Shown here in pieces: positions 39,945-50,861 of a stretch of DNA of 64,000 bases (positions are counted from its first letter, which is position 1; the number at the start of each line of letters is the position of its first letter). The notes under the pieces were generated by a model. The model had not been told where the DNA came from and ran no database searches. It saw only the letters and a program-made list of their open reading frames with translations. The stretch is from an uncultured Methanosarcinaceae archaeon (GTDB lineage: Archaea; Halobacteriota; Methanosarcinia; Methanosarcinales; Methanosarcinaceae): the NCBI GenBank assembly GCA_963847185.1, contig CAWJYV010000008.1, forward strand, positions 256,001 through 320,000, written 5' to 3'. The translations under genes and the position numbers were made by a program.

Positions 39945-41087
39945 TCATTCTACGAAATCAATTCCATACTTAAAGGTGATATTTTTGTCATTTCCATGGC
40001 CATAAATCTGGGCAGACGTTACTCCTGTAACCACGATCATGGTACGTACTGTCTGTTCCAGATCAGGATCAATTTGTGCGCCCCAGATCAAACGGGCGTT
40101 GCTGTCTATGCGGCTGTAAACTTCCTGAACCACAGCCTCAGCTTCCGAAATTGTCATGTCAGGTCCTCCAACCACATTAACAAGAGCAGAAGTAGCACCT
40201 GAAATGTCTACGTCCAGAAGCGGGCTTCTTAAGGCCTTCTGTACAGACTCGACAGCTTTGTTATCGCCGTCTGCCTCTCCAAGCCCTATCATTGCGACGC
40301 CTCCGTTTTGCATAACAGTTCTAATATCTGCAAAGTCAAGGTTCACAAGTCCTGGTTTTGTAATGAGTTCAGTTATGCCTTTTACAGCTCTCATAAGAAC
40401 TTCGTCAGAGACTTTAAAGGCAGCCTGGAGCGGAAGTCTTGGAACAACTTCGATCAACTTGTCATTAGGAACTACTATGACAGTATCTGCAACATCTCTC
40501 AGACGCTCAAGTCCAGCTTCGGCATTTGTCCTTCGAACGTGACCTTCTACACTGAATGGGAGGGTGACAACTGCAATTGTAAGGGCTCCTGCGTCCCTGG
40601 CTGCCTCAGCTACTATAGGCGCTGATCCTGTCCCTGTTCCTCCGCCAAGGCCTGCAGTTATGAAGACCATATCTGCGCCTTCGACAATCTTGTTAATATC
40701 ATCTATACTCTCGATTGCAGCGTCTTCTCCTATCTGGGGGAGGCTACCGGCTCCGAGTCCTCGAGTTTTCTTTCTCCCGATTAGAATCTTTTTGCCGGAA
40801 CGTATATGAAGAAGATGCTGGGCATCGGTGTTTATTGCAACAAGGTCAGCTCCCTCGATTCCTTCGCCCATCATGCGCTGGATGCTGTTTGAGCCGCCGC
40901 CGCCGCAGCCTACCACCTTGATGGTTGTTTTGAGGCTTCTTAGGATCTCTTCGAGTTCGGCATCCACTTCTAAATCTGCATTAGAATAATCTGAGTTTGA
41001 ATAATCTCTTTGCCCGCCGCGTCCTTCCAGGGCAGATCGAGCAAGTGCTTCTTCCACAATGGATCTCATACTACTGTTTTCCTCCAT
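39945..41087 (-). CDS. ftsZ: Cell division protein FtsZ (FtsZ1 type)
   Basis: [33 protein letters not shown]; start may be 41069. Confidence 0.97.
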   Translation of the reverse strand: MEENSSMRSIVEEALARSALEGRGGQRDYSNSDYSNADLEVDAELEEILRSLKTTIKVVGCGGGGSNSIQRMMGEGIEGADLVAINTDAQHLLHIRSGKKILIGRKKTRGLGAGSLPQIGEDAAIESIDDINKIVEGADMVFITAGLGGGTGTGSAPIVAEAARDAGALTIAVVTLPFSVEGHVRRTNAEAGLERLRDVADTVIVVPNDKLIEVVPRLPLQAAFKVSDEVLMRAVKGITELITKPGLVNLDFADIRTVMQNGGVAMIGLGEADGDNKAVESVQKALRSPLLDVDISGATSALVNVVGGPDMTISEAEAVVQEVYSRIDSNARLIWGAQIDPDLEQTVRTMIVVTGVTSAQIYGHGNDKNITFKYGIDFVE

Positions 41088-41477
41088 TCCATGGGGTAAT
41101 TTTAACAGATTGTATTAAAAGAATATTAAGGGGGAACATATACATTTTAACCATCACATATACAGTTTCCAATTTAATAGTTTTCCTTTTACAGTTTTTT
41201 AATTTATACTATATTGTTTAATTATTTTATTAATGTTCTCCTTCTTTTCTTTTTAGCCTTAGTTTTTTCCATTTTTACTGCTTCTGTGATCAGCTCTTTT
41301 CTTGTTTGTTATCTTCCTTAATTTCTTCATGTAATATATTTATTTTTTTATATTGATTTTCTTGAAGCAGATTCCTGTATTTTTACCTTTCCATCTCTCC
41401 AGATTTATTTTTTTAAGTTCTCGTCTCAAATACTCCTTTTCATATCTTTTTCAGTTATATCTGGGAATCTGGTATGG

Positions 41478-42068
41478 CTATGCTTTACCTCTCGATTCGC
41501 CTAAAATAACGCCTGTTGCGACCAGATGAGCAACTCTCAGAGGCTCAGGAATATTGCTTCTTATTGAAGTAAGCCGTATAATCTTCTCTACACTTTCCAG
41601 GCCTATGCCTGCTTTCTGAATAAATATGGGGTTTTTCTCTTTCACACCAGCTATTTTTTCTATTTTTCCAGCCCTCTCTATTATTTTCCAGCGCTCTTCT
41701 CCATCAGGTAAATATTTGAGCGCGGATTTGATTTTCTTAAAATCTGGATAAGATCTCATGATCACAATTACAGGGATCAAGGTTTCTTTGTAGAGCTTCT
41801 CGATGTCAACAACATTAAAGCCTCCATAAGTAATTCCGTCGAGCATGATCACTCTAATCTGGCCATAATGTCTGCTTTCTCTTATCATGTTGCAAATCAC
41901 GTCTGTAGCGTCAAGTCCATCCCTTGTTATATCCGACCTGAGAACTCCATCTATCCAGTCTCCTCCCCTAAAAACAATACCTACTACCATTACCTTTTCA
42001 TTGAGGAGGGCAGAGTCATCTATACCCAGAATTCGGATCTCGTGTTTAATATGAAAATCTGAACTCAC
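41478..42068 (-). CDS. DUF99 / endonuclease V-like (endonuclease dU) protein
   Basis: RILGIDD, DGLDAT, DGITYGGFNVVD, PEPLRVAH. Confidence 0.85.
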   Translation of the reverse strand: MSSDFHIKHEIRILGIDDSALLNEKVMVVGIVFRGGDWIDGVLRSDITRDGLDATDVICNMIRESRHYGQIRVIMLDGITYGGFNVVDIEKLYKETLIPVIVIMRSYPDFKKIKSALKYLPDGEERWKIIERAGKIEKIAGVKEKNPIFIQKAGIGLESVEKIIRLTSIRSNIPEPLRVAHLVATGVILGESRGKA

Positions 42069-42180
42069 AGGTACTTTTTATGTGTGAATTACAAAAATAG
42101 TTTGCTGGTTTTTCATGAAGCTTTTCATGAAACCTTTTCCAGCATAGTAAAACAGATATTTGATTTTTTCAAGAAAAATA

Positions 42181-42194
42181 GGCCCTGAAGGGCC
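42181..42194 (-). terminator. Hairpin with T-tract after pan
   Basis: Minus strand GGCCC-TTCA-GGGCC followed by TATTTTT. Confidence 0.5.
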
Positions 42195-42219
42195 CCACAT
42201 TTCTGGTTTATATAAACTT

Positions 42220-43485
42220 TTACACGAACATTGTTGTTTCAGGAAGACTTGCAGGCATCATTTTCTGAGTATCCGCAGCCATAGACACTTTAGTTACTGC
42301 TTCAAGGAAATCATCCATTTCAACTGTTTCCTTATCTTTTCTTACTGCGAACATGCCTGCTTCCGTGGCAACTGCCTTGAGATCTGCCCCACTCATTCCC
42401 TCTGTCATTTTTGCAAGCCTATTAAAATCAATTTCTTCTGCCAGAGTCATTTTCTCACAGTGAATCTCAATAATTCTTTCTCTGGCTTCTATGCCTGGCA
42501 TCGGAACATGGACAAGTCTGTCAAAACGACCTGGCCTGAGAATTGCAGGGTCAAGAACATCAGGACGGTTTGTTGCAGCAATTATCCGGATGTTTTTCCT
42601 TTTGTCAAAACCATCCATTTCTGCAAGAAGTTGCATGAGTGTCCTCTGAACCTCACGGTCTGCGCCTGTAGTTTCGTTTAAGCGCCTTGCAGCAATTGAG
42701 TCCAGCTCATCAATGAAGATAATACTCGGGGCTTTTTTTCTGGCCATCTCGAATATTTCTCTTACAAGTTTGGAGCCGTCTCCAATATATTTTTGTACAA
42801 GTTCGGAACCTACAACCCTTATAAAGGTTGCATTGGTCCTGTGAGCTACGGCTTTTGCGAGTAAAGTTTTGCCAGTTCCTGGAAGCCCATAGAGAAGAAC
42901 CCCTTTAGGAGGCTCGATACCTATTCGAGCAAAACGCTCAGGTTCAATGAGAGGAAGTTCGACTGCTTCCTGAAGTTCCTGGATTTGCTCTTCAAGACCG
43001 CCTATCTGGTCATAGTCCACTTCTACACTTTCGAGGACTTCCATTGCAGCAACAAAGGGCTCTTCCGTGGAAGGAATGACCTCGGCAATGGCAAGAGTAT
43101 GCTGATTTAATGCGACCTTTGCTCCTGGTAGCAGTTTCTTCTCATCGATATACTGTGAGACGTTTACCAGAAACTGAGGCCCGTTGCTGCTCCGGACAAT
43201 TATTCTGTCATTTTTTATGATATCGATGACCGTACCAATGATAAGCGGAGCGGTCTTCATTCGGTCGAGCTCAGACTGCAGCTTTCGTATTTCTCTTTCA
43301 TATTTGATCTTTTGATTTTCCAAATAGCGTTTTTCGGATTCTATCTGGATACATTGCTCCTCCAGAAAACTGTTGCGGCTTTCAAGTTGCCTCATTCTGT
43401 CCTGGATGCTTTCAGTTAGTTCCCCCAGCTCTCCAGGCACGATCCCATCATACACAGGTCCGGTCTTAACAAGGTGACTGCGCAT
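42220..43485 (-). CDS. pan: Proteasome-activating nucleotidase (start uncertain: 43485, 43518 or 43545)
   Basis: N-terminal coiled coil, OB domain, [37 protein letters not shown]-terminal HbYX-like MFV. Confidence 0.96.
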   Translation of the reverse strand: MRSHLVKTGPVYDGIVPGELGELTESIQDRMRQLESRNSFLEEQCIQIESEKRYLENQKIKYEREIRKLQSELDRMKTAPLIIGTVIDIIKNDRIIVRSSNGPQFLVNVSQYIDEKKLLPGAKVALNQHTLAIAEVIPSTEEPFVAAMEVLESVEVDYDQIGGLEEQIQELQEAVELPLIEPERFARIGIEPPKGVLLYGLPGTGKTLLAKAVAHRTNATFIRVVGSELVQKYIGDGSKLVREIFEMARKKAPSIIFIDELDSIAARRLNETTGADREVQRTLMQLLAEMDGFDKRKNIRIIAATNRPDVLDPAILRPGRFDRLVHVPMPGIEARERIIEIHCEKMTLAEEIDFNRLAKMTEGMSGADLKAVATEAGMFAVRKDKETVEMDDFLEAVTKVSMAADTQKMMPASLPETTMFV

Positions 43486-43575
43486 GCTTTCATCCTTACT
43501 TTTGGTACTTTCCGTCATGGAGCTCCGAATAATATTTAAGTTCATACCGTATATAGCGTTTTCGAAGTGATCAAA

Positions 43576-44061
43576 ATGCAGTGCGAAATATGTGGTGCAG
43601 AGATCCGCGGAAAACCTATATGCATTACAATCGACAACAGTGAACTCCAGGTCTGCCAGAAATGTGCCCCTTACGGTAAACCCGTTGATAAGCGAACTCC
43701 CGTTTCAAGAAAGGTCTCTCCGGTAGTTCGTACGGTACCAAGAACTGAAAAGAAACCAAAAAAAGATTTTTTCGATATTTTGAAAGAAGAACTTCTGGAT
43801 AACTATCCTCAGATTATCCGGGATGCCAGAGCAGTCAAAGGCTGGTCTCAGGAAGACCTTGCTGAAAATATCAAGGAAAGAGCAACTTTGATCAAAAAGA
43901 TAGAGCGCAGTGAAATCATACCAGAAGATTCCGTTCGAAAAAAACTGGAACACGCCCTTAATATCAAACTTACGGAACGTGTGGATTCTTCGGGGCAGGA
44001 AGTCTCTCACTTAAAGAAAGACACTACTCTGGGGGATATAGTAAAAATCAAGCGGAAATAA
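43576..44061 (+). CDS. mbf1: Archaeal multiprotein bridging factor aMBF1
   Basis: Zn ribbon CEICG...[20 protein letters not shown] tail; divergent from pan. Confidence 0.92.
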   Translation: MQCEICGAEIRGKPICITIDNSELQVCQKCAPYGKPVDKRTPVSRKVSPVVRTVPRTEKKPKKDFFDILKEELLDNYPQIIRDARAVKGWSQEDLAENIKERATLIKKIERSEIIPEDSVRKKLEHALNIKLTERVDSSGQEVSHLKKDTTLGDIVKIKRK

Positions 44062-44286
44062 ATTTGACTGCAGACTTTACTGCAGACTTTATTTGACAGC
44101 AATATTTAATTCCCAACAGTTTTTCGTTCGGGAATTACGGGTTCAGATCCGAAGAGTGCCGTTCCTTTCCTTTTCCCTCTTCGTTTCTTTACTCTTTAAT
44201 TTTTGCTCACATTTGCTTACGCTTTCTTTTAGTTTTCCTTTTGTTCCTCACAGGATACAGATATGGTTACTGAAAATATTCTCATT

Positions 44287-45129
44287 TTAAATCTCTATTT
44301 CGATGTCATATACTTTCTCAGGATTCTCCTTATGGATGATCCAGAAAGGTTCTTCTCCATATATTTCCATTAGCTTCATGGTTCTTTTGGGAATTGTTTT
44401 TGGGCCAAGTACTGCCCCAGGCCTGTCCGGGTCGTCAATATAATCAGTTTCCATCATAAAGCGCGTTCCTTCTTCAAGAGCCTGCTCAATTGCTCCTTTG
44501 ACTGAGATTACCCCAGGAAATATCCCCAATTCTTCACAGGTCCTTACCAGAGGAGGCGAGTAATGTTTGACTACTCTGTACATTTTGATTCCCGTTCTTC
44601 TCGCCCTTTCTGCTATGTCCTTAAGTTCAGGTTCCCCGACGCTTTCCGTATGGAGCTGAACAGCACAGTCCTGTTCTTTTCCCAGAGAAAAAGCATGCTC
44701 CATAACCTCATTAGAAGCTGTCCAAACCTCTGCAGTTACGGGGTAATGTGGGCGTCCGGACTTAATACCTACAGCAAGGCCTTTTTCCACATATTCTGAA
44801 GCAATCTCAAGACCTTTCTTCATAATTTCCGTAGCTTCTGAAAGTTCCATATATTCGGTAAGCTTTGAGATTTCTGCCGGATGGACCCCGAGGACAGGAA
44901 AAGCTCCAACTCCTATTTCCTTGATCTTTGACGTAAGTTCTACAGTTTCGTCGAAAACTTTGAGATAATCTTCAGGTTTTTTTACCATTACTCCCAGGGA
45001 CCAGCTGGGTTTGCTGACCAGGATTATGTGGGTTCCCCCAGCATTTTTAAATTCCTTCACTGCTTCAAGTCCCCTGGCTCTGGGGTCTATATGCATATGG
45101 TTGTCTGTGATCGGAACTTTTGCAAACAT
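44287..45129 (-). CDS. TatD-family metal-dependent hydrolase
   Basis: DNHMH, LGVHP, GRPHY, QLHTE, VKHY, ETDYIDD. Confidence 0.85.
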   Translation of the reverse strand: MFAKVPITDNHMHIDPRARGLEAVKEFKNAGGTHIILVSKPSWSLGVMVKKPEDYLKVFDETVELTSKIKEIGVGAFPVLGVHPAEISKLTEYMELSEATEIMKKGLEIASEYVEKGLAVGIKSGRPHYPVTAEVWTASNEVMEHAFSLGKEQDCAVQLHTESVGEPELKDIAERARRTGIKMYRVVKHYSPPLVRTCEELGIFPGVISVKGAIEQALEEGTRFMMETDYIDDPDRPGAVLGPKTIPKRTMKLMEIYGEEPFWIIHKENPEKVYDIEIEI

Positions 45130-45448
45130 TCTTACTCCTCGATGATTCATTGAGGCTCTTAACTTGATTAAGGTTAGTATTTGATTTATCATAAATTGGA
45201 GTAGAATACTTCCGAATCAAAAGATATTGATCTAATCTTTAGATGCGCATAGGAATTTGGATCCTGAATTTTACTTCCTGCGGAGTACTTTTTAGCTTAG
45301 TGTTAATACCCAAAACTTGAAATATATAGTATTACGTTGAGTACGCGGGAAGACGCAATTATTCTTACCATATTTTCGAAAAGTTCCCCTTTTTAGCTTT
45401 TCAATCGCTACTGTTCTTTGAACGCGAACCTTAAGATCCGGTGATGAT

Positions 45449-46477
45449 ATGACTAAAACCGCAGCAGTAATCAAAGGAGACGGGGTAGGCCCCGAACTTG
45501 TAGATGCAATGCTTAAAGTTGCAGAGGCCGCTGGCACAGATATCGAATTCGTTATGTGCGAGGCAGGAGCAGGCTGGTGGGAAAAGAACGGAGGAAATTC
45601 TCTTATTCCTAATGAGACCTGGGAAATTCTTGATAGTTCAGATGCCTGTTTTAAAGGTCCTACAACCACTCCCGGAGGAATCGGCTCCCCCAGAAGTGTA
45701 GCTGTGTCTATCAGGAGGAAATACGACCTCTACGCAAATGTCAGACCAATCAAGACTTTCCCTAACTCAAGTGCACCTCTAGGAGACGTCGAAATGGTCT
45801 GTGTAAGAGAAGGTACTGAAGGACTTTATATTGGAGAGGAAATTCAGCTCACAGATGATGTCTCAATAGCAATCCGAAAGATTACGCGTACTGCATCCAG
45901 CAAAATTGCCAGGTATGCCTTTGAGGAAGCTAAAAGAAGAGGTTATGATGCAGTTGTGCCAATTCATAAAAGTAATATCTTAAAGCTTACCTGTGGCTCA
46001 TTCTTAGAGGAAGTAGAAAAAACGGGAAAGAATTATCCAGACATCGAGATCTGGCTTTATCACATAGACAACATTGCTCAGCAGCTGATCAAAAACCCCC
46101 AGATCTTCAACAAGAAGATTCTCCTTTCCACAAATCTCTTTATGGATGTAATAAGTGAAGAGTGTTCAGCCCTTGTGGGCAGTATAGGACTTATCTATTC
46201 TGCAAATATTGGGGATTCTTTTGCAATGTTTGAACCCGCTCACGGTTCAGCTCCTAAATATGCAGGCCAGGATAAAGTAAATCCTGTGGCAACCGTACTT
46301 GCAGGAGCATGGATGCTTGATTACCTTGGAGAAAAAGATAAGTCAGAAGCTATATTCAAAGCCACAGAACGCGTAATTTCCGAAGGCAAGTATGTAACTT
46401 ATGACCTTGGTGGCAACGCAAAGCTCAGTCAGATGACTGACGAGATTGCAAAGTACACTGCAGAAATTCTCAAATAA
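45449..46477 (+). CDS. Isocitrate/isopropylmalate dehydrogenase family protein (probably isocitrate dehydrogenase)
   Basis: GDGVGPE, KGPTTTP, RSVAVSIRR, YANVRP, REGTEGLY, HKSNI, FEPAHGSAP. Confidence 0.9.
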   Translation: MTKTAAVIKGDGVGPELVDAMLKVAEAAGTDIEFVMCEAGAGWWEKNGGNSLIPNETWEILDSSDACFKGPTTTPGGIGSPRSVAVSIRRKYDLYANVRPIKTFPNSSAPLGDVEMVCVREGTEGLYIGEEIQLTDDVSIAIRKITRTASSKIARYAFEEAKRRGYDAVVPIHKSNILKLTCGSFLEEVEKTGKNYPDIEIWLYHIDNIAQQLIKNPQIFNKKILLSTNLFMDVISEECSALVGSIGLIYSANIGDSFAMFEPAHGSAPKYAGQDKVNPVATVLAGAWMLDYLGEKDKSEAIFKATERVISEGKYVTYDLGGNAKLSQMTDEIAKYTAEILK

Positions 46478-46497
46478 AAATAACTGAAGGAACTCTC

Positions 46498-47835
46498 TTA
46501 TTCCTTCACTTTTTCTGCTTTTTCTTCCTCAGGCTCAACTATTTTTCCTCTATTCTTCAGTTTTCCTCTGCCTGCATGTGCCGGATTGCAAATCGGCTGA
46601 TACAAAAAGTGTTTTTCTACATAGGCAAGGAGCTCTTCGTCTGAGATACAGGAAACCCTTTCTTCATTGTCATAAAGTTTCTGAATTTCTTTCTGGATTC
46701 TCAGAAGCCTTCTATCATCCTTTTCGATTATAGTCTCAATATCAAGAAGGTCATTTAGGGTCTCCTGAACTTTATAGCGAATAACCTCCAGACCTGAAGA
46801 ATCCCCTATCATCAGGAGTCTCTTTCCGCCTACCAGTTCTGGTGGATATGGCTCGTAATTGAAAGGATTTTTGAGGACACCTGCCGCATGAATTCCGGAT
46901 TCATGCGCGAAAATATTTTTGCCAACTACAGCTTTATTTCTCGGGACTCTAAGTCCAAGCTCTTTTTCCATGAATCTTGCAAAACGGGTAACTGGTTCAA
47001 GGTTGTACCTCTCAAAACCTTCAACTCTATCTATCAGGAAAAGCAAAATTTTTTCCATCTCACTGTTTCCTGCACGTTCTCCTATGCCCAGGAAAGTTAC
47101 ACTTGTCCAGTTGGCGCCATGCCAGAATCCTGCAATGGAACTAGCTGACCCAAACCCGTAATCGTCGTGAATATGAGTTTCAATGTTTTTGACTTTTATT
47201 TCTTCTTTAAGATGCTCAACTATTTTCGGGATTCCATAAGGTTCTTCGATATTCATGAAGGGCATCCCATATCCTACTGTATCGCAAACTCTTATTATGC
47301 AGTCCGGGTCGATTTCCATAATTTTTTCAACAAGCGGGAAAACAAAGCCGTAATTATCTGCTCTTGTCATATCTTCCAGGTGCGCCCTTGTGCGAAGTCC
47401 GTGGTCAACTGCATACTGCAGGGCATCAAGATATTTTTCTTCGGCTTCTTCCCTGCCTGAGAGTCTCATCTTGGAAAAAATATGTGTATCTGAGACAGAC
47501 ATCAGAATTCCGGTTTCTTTAATCCCATCTACATCCAGTACTTTGTCGATATCAGCTCTTGAGGCCCTTGCCCACCCAGTAATCTCAGGAAATTCATACC
47601 CTATGTCAAACATAAGGTCTACAGCATCTCTGTCCCTTTTATTGAAAACAAATGCCTCGAGTTTTTCGATTCCTATCTCGTGCAGGTACTCATAGATCTG
47701 AAGCTTGTGTTCTCTGCTCAGGACTATCCCCGGCATCTGAGAGCCGTCGCGAATAGTGCTGTCGCTTATGAATACCTCATTTCCATAAGGCAGCTTTAGT
47801 TTGGGCAGGTCTTCATACGATTCATAAATCTTCAT
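46498..47835 (-). CDS. DRE-TIM metallolyase, Re-citrate synthase-like
   Basis: DSTIRDGSQ, ETGILMSVSDxHIF, HLEDMTRAD, CDTVGYG, HIHDD, GIGERAGN, HESGIH; no LeuA regulatory domain. Confidence 0.8.
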   Translation of the reverse strand: MKIYESYEDLPKLKLPYGNEVFISDSTIRDGSQMPGIVLSREHKLQIYEYLHEIGIEKLEAFVFNKRDRDAVDLMFDIGYEFPEITGWARASRADIDKVLDVDGIKETGILMSVSDTHIFSKMRLSGREEAEEKYLDALQYAVDHGLRTRAHLEDMTRADNYGFVFPLVEKIMEIDPDCIIRVCDTVGYGMPFMNIEEPYGIPKIVEHLKEEIKVKNIETHIHDDYGFGSASSIAGFWHGANWTSVTFLGIGERAGNSEMEKILLFLIDRVEGFERYNLEPVTRFARFMEKELGLRVPRNKAVVGKNIFAHESGIHAAGVLKNPFNYEPYPPELVGGKRLLMIGDSSGLEVIRYKVQETLNDLLDIETIIEKDDRRLLRIQKEIQKLYDNEERVSCISDEELLAYVEKHFLYQPICNPAHAGRGKLKNRGKIVEPEEEKAEKVKE

Positions 47836-48315
47836 CGCTTTTCCTCCTTCCTTTGGTGGCAGGGCCCTTCATCGAGCGAGTGGGCTTCACTGCTGGCGAT
47901 TTCTTTTAAAAAATATTTTCAGGTGTACTGGTTAGAAAAATAAGTTTATTTAACCGAAGAACTTCAGCTTCTTGTTTAAAAAACACTGTTATTTGAGTTG
48001 AGGAATATCATTAATTTTGGAAATATTCCTCACTTTTCCTATGATCTCTAAATTTAGATGCCAATGATTCTTATTCGCCAACGATCATTATTCAGATGCC
48101 AGTGATCATATGATATGTTGTTCTGGTTAAAATCTCTTTCTTTTAAAATCTTTAATGTATTTTTTCTCTTTTTATTTTATTGAATTTTAGCCAGTTTTCG
48201 TGAGTTATTGAACAAGTAAGAAAAAGCAAGTGCATTCCTATATTTGAGAGAAATAGAGAGATTCTTATGCTTACTTTTTTCAACAGCTCATGCCTGTTAC
48301 CTGAATTTTAATCAC

Positions 48316-48433
48316 TAGAACTTACGCGGTTGAGCCGAATAATCAACGGCGTTAAATCTTCAACTGTCTAAAGTGCAGATTTAGTAATGATGTTTATTGA
48401 TCTTGATTTTGAGCCACAAGTGCGTAAATCCTC
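48316..48433. mobile_element. 118-bp MITE sharing ends with the IS701-family element
   Basis: Left TAGAACTTACGCGGTTGA matches the IS left end 17/18; right TGCGTAAATCCTC matches the IS right end 11/13; no ORF; flanks ATCAC/TCTAC not identical. Confidence 0.75.
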
Positions 48434-48672
48434 TCTACTATAATAATTAATGGAAGCTACTCTTTTAAGCAAAGGTACTACTCTTATTTTTCTCTCAATA
48501 GAATTTATTATTCTTCTACAAAATCTCTGCTAAATATCCATTTTCCCTGCAAATATAAAATTTTCTTACGAATATTTTTTACTTATTTTTACTGTTTCAT
48601 GAAAGTTTACTTTCCTACCATGCCCTTCTTATTGATAATAAGGTATATCTATAACAAATTATATTTATATTC

Positions 48673-48716
48673 GGGTTGATCTAAAAACCTCTAAGGGTTG
48701 ATCTAAAAACTTCTAA
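48673..48716. repeat. Tandem 22-bp repeat in the cbi operon promoter region
   Basis: GGGTTGATCTAAAAAC(C/T)TCTAA twice, directly after TATA-like ATTTATAT. Confidence 0.88.
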
Positions 48717-48873
48717 TCTATTATGGTCTTTATATCTGCTTTACAAAATTGGTATTTATAGGAGAGTTCTTGTGATCTACTTCCTGTAAATCTTATCTAG
48801 TAAAAATGAAAACTATCGACGTATATTTAATTTTCATTTCATGTATTTGCTTTACTTAATCCCGAGGTAGAAC

Positions 48874-49428
48874 ATGTCCGAAATAGTAAGTGTTAGCGGT
48901 GGTCCAACAAAACCTGAAATCATTGCTGTGTCTCTTTCCAAACTCGGGTTGAGAGACGGGGATCGGTTTGCAGACGTAGGCTGTGGAACGGGATCAGTGT
49001 CCATTGAGGCAGCTAAGATCGCCCGAAACCTGACTATTTATGCAATAGATGCCCGCGATGAAGCTCTGAGAGTCACTGAAACGAATTTTAGGAATTTCAA
49101 TATTACGAATGCCAGGCTCCTTGCCGGTGAAGCTTCAGATATCCTTGGTTCTGGTGAGTTTATTGATTCAATTGACTGTGCTTTTGTAGGTGGGACAAAA
49201 AATATTGCCTCAATACTTGAGATACTTGTGGAGAAAAAAGTCCGGAGCATTGTCGTAAACGCCGTCCGGATTGAGACAGTTGTCAGGACTATTGAAGCAA
49301 TGAAAAAACTTGGAATTTTCGATGAAGTGGTCCACGTCTCTGTCTCGAGAAGTGCTCCTATTGCCGGAGAAACTATGTTTAAACCTGAAAACCCAGTCTA
49401 CATCGTCGTTGGAAAAACACAGAACTAA
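48874..49428 (+). CDS. cbiT: Cobalt-precorrin-6B C15-methyltransferase (decarboxylating)
   Basis: GGPTKPEI, DVGCGTGSVS, AFVGG, NAVRIET, NPVYIV. Confidence 0.92.
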   Translation: MSEIVSVSGGPTKPEIIAVSLSKLGLRDGDRFADVGCGTGSVSIEAAKIARNLTIYAIDARDEALRVTETNFRNFNITNARLLAGEASDILGSGEFIDSIDCAFVGGTKNIASILEILVEKKVRSIVVNAVRIETVVRTIEAMKKLGIFDEVVHVSVSRSAPIAGETMFKPENPVYIVVGKTQN

Positions 49429-49497
49429 ACATAAACGTTGTCCTTTAGCTAAATTTTGCTTTAATATTTATTTTTCATAAACTTATGGAGCGATAAT

Positions 49498-50106
49498 ATG
49501 TTAATAGGAGTAGGACTTGGTCCCGGAGACCCTGAACTTTTGACCCTGAAAGCAGTAAATATTTTGAAAAACAGCGATAAAGTATATGTGCCAGGGCGCA
49601 TGGCAAAAAATCTTGTTGCCCCTTATGCAGATGCGGAAATTCTTGATTTCCCCATGATCAGGGATATTGAAGTTCTCAATGCACTCTGGAAAGAGAATGC
49701 TGATAGGGTGGCAGAGGAAGCAAGGAGAGGAACTGTAGTTTTCGGGCTTATAGGCGATCCTAACTTTTTCTCTACCTTTACTCACCTGAAGAAGGTTATG
49801 CGCAAACATTATCCTGATGTTGAGGTTACAACAGTACCAGGAATAAGTTCAATCACCTCCTTTGCTGCCAGAACTGATGTCGCAGTTGAGAGTTCTTTTG
49901 AGGTCAGTGACGGTTCAGCTATCGGGTATAAAATCCACCTGAAAGCTACACAGCCGCAGGCAATAGTTAAACAGCTCGAAGCTGAAGGATATAACGAATT
50001 CATCTTTGCGGAAAGGCTCTTTTCGGACAACGAACTTATAATCTGCAAGAAAGAAGAGATCCCCGAAAAAGGGAACTATTTTAGCATCATCTATGGAAAA
50101 AAGTGA
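49498..50106 (+). CDS. cbiL: Cobalt-precorrin-2/factor II C20-methyltransferase
   Basis: [34 protein letters not shown]. Confidence 0.9.
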   Translation: MLIGVGLGPGDPELLTLKAVNILKNSDKVYVPGRMAKNLVAPYADAEILDFPMIRDIEVLNALWKENADRVAEEARRGTVVFGLIGDPNFFSTFTHLKKVMRKHYPDVEVTTVPGISSITSFAARTDVAVESSFEVSDGSAIGYKIHLKATQPQAIVKQLEAEGYNEFIFAERLFSDNELIICKKEEIPEKGNYFSIIYGKK

Positions 50107-50132
50107 TACAGGAAAGTAGAGGGAATGGTCAG

Positions 50133-50861
50133 ATGGAAAGAAAAGTATATTTTGTAGGTGCAGGTCCCGGGAACCCAAAACTCATTACCGTACTCGGGCG
50201 TGAAATGCTTGAAAAAGCTGACCTTGTAATTTATGCAGGTTCTCTGGTAAATCCCGAGGTTCTTAATTACACGAAGGGGGAAACCGTTGATAGCTATGGT
50301 TTAACTCTTGAAGAGACAACTAAAATAACTGCAGACGCTGTGGACGCAGGAAAATTCGTTGTTCGTCTCCACAGTGGAGATCCCTCCCTCTATGGGTCTG
50401 TCATAGAGCAGATGGAAGAGCTCAGAACGTACGATATCGAAGTCGAAAGAGTTGCAGGGGTCTCATCAGTTTTTGCAAGCGCAGCCGCTCTTGGCACTCA
50501 GCTTACTCTTAATGGTGTTTCAGATACTCTTATTATCACCCGTCCTGCCGGAAAAACCCTGGAAAAAGATCTTATCCCGGAGCTTTCTGCCTTTAATACA
50601 ACAATGGCAATTTTCCTGGGCACACAGAAGATCAGGGAAATTATGGAGAAAGTCCGCTGTCCGAAAGACACTCCTGTAGCAGTTGTTTTCCATGCATCGT
50701 GGGAAGATGAGGAAGTTATTATCGGGACTGTGGAAGATATTGCGGACAAGGTGAAGGATGCGGGGATTAAACGATCAGCAATGATAATAATCGGCGGGGT
50801 TGTTGACCCTAAAAATTACAGGAGGTCCTATTTATACGGAGTAGCCCAGGAACCGTTGTAA
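50133..50861 (+). CDS. cbiF: Cobalt-precorrin-4 C11-methyltransferase
   Basis: [38 protein letters not shown]. Confidence 0.93.
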   Translation: MERKVYFVGAGPGNPKLITVLGREMLEKADLVIYAGSLVNPEVLNYTKGETVDSYGLTLEETTKITADAVDAGKFVVRLHSGDPSLYGSVIEQMEELRTYDIEVERVAGVSSVFASAAALGTQLTLNGVSDTLIITRPAGKTLEKDLIPELSAFNTTMAIFLGTQKIREIMEKVRCPKDTPVAVVFHASWEDEEVIIGTVEDIADKVKDAGIKRSAMIIIGGVVDPKNYRRSYLYGVAQEPL

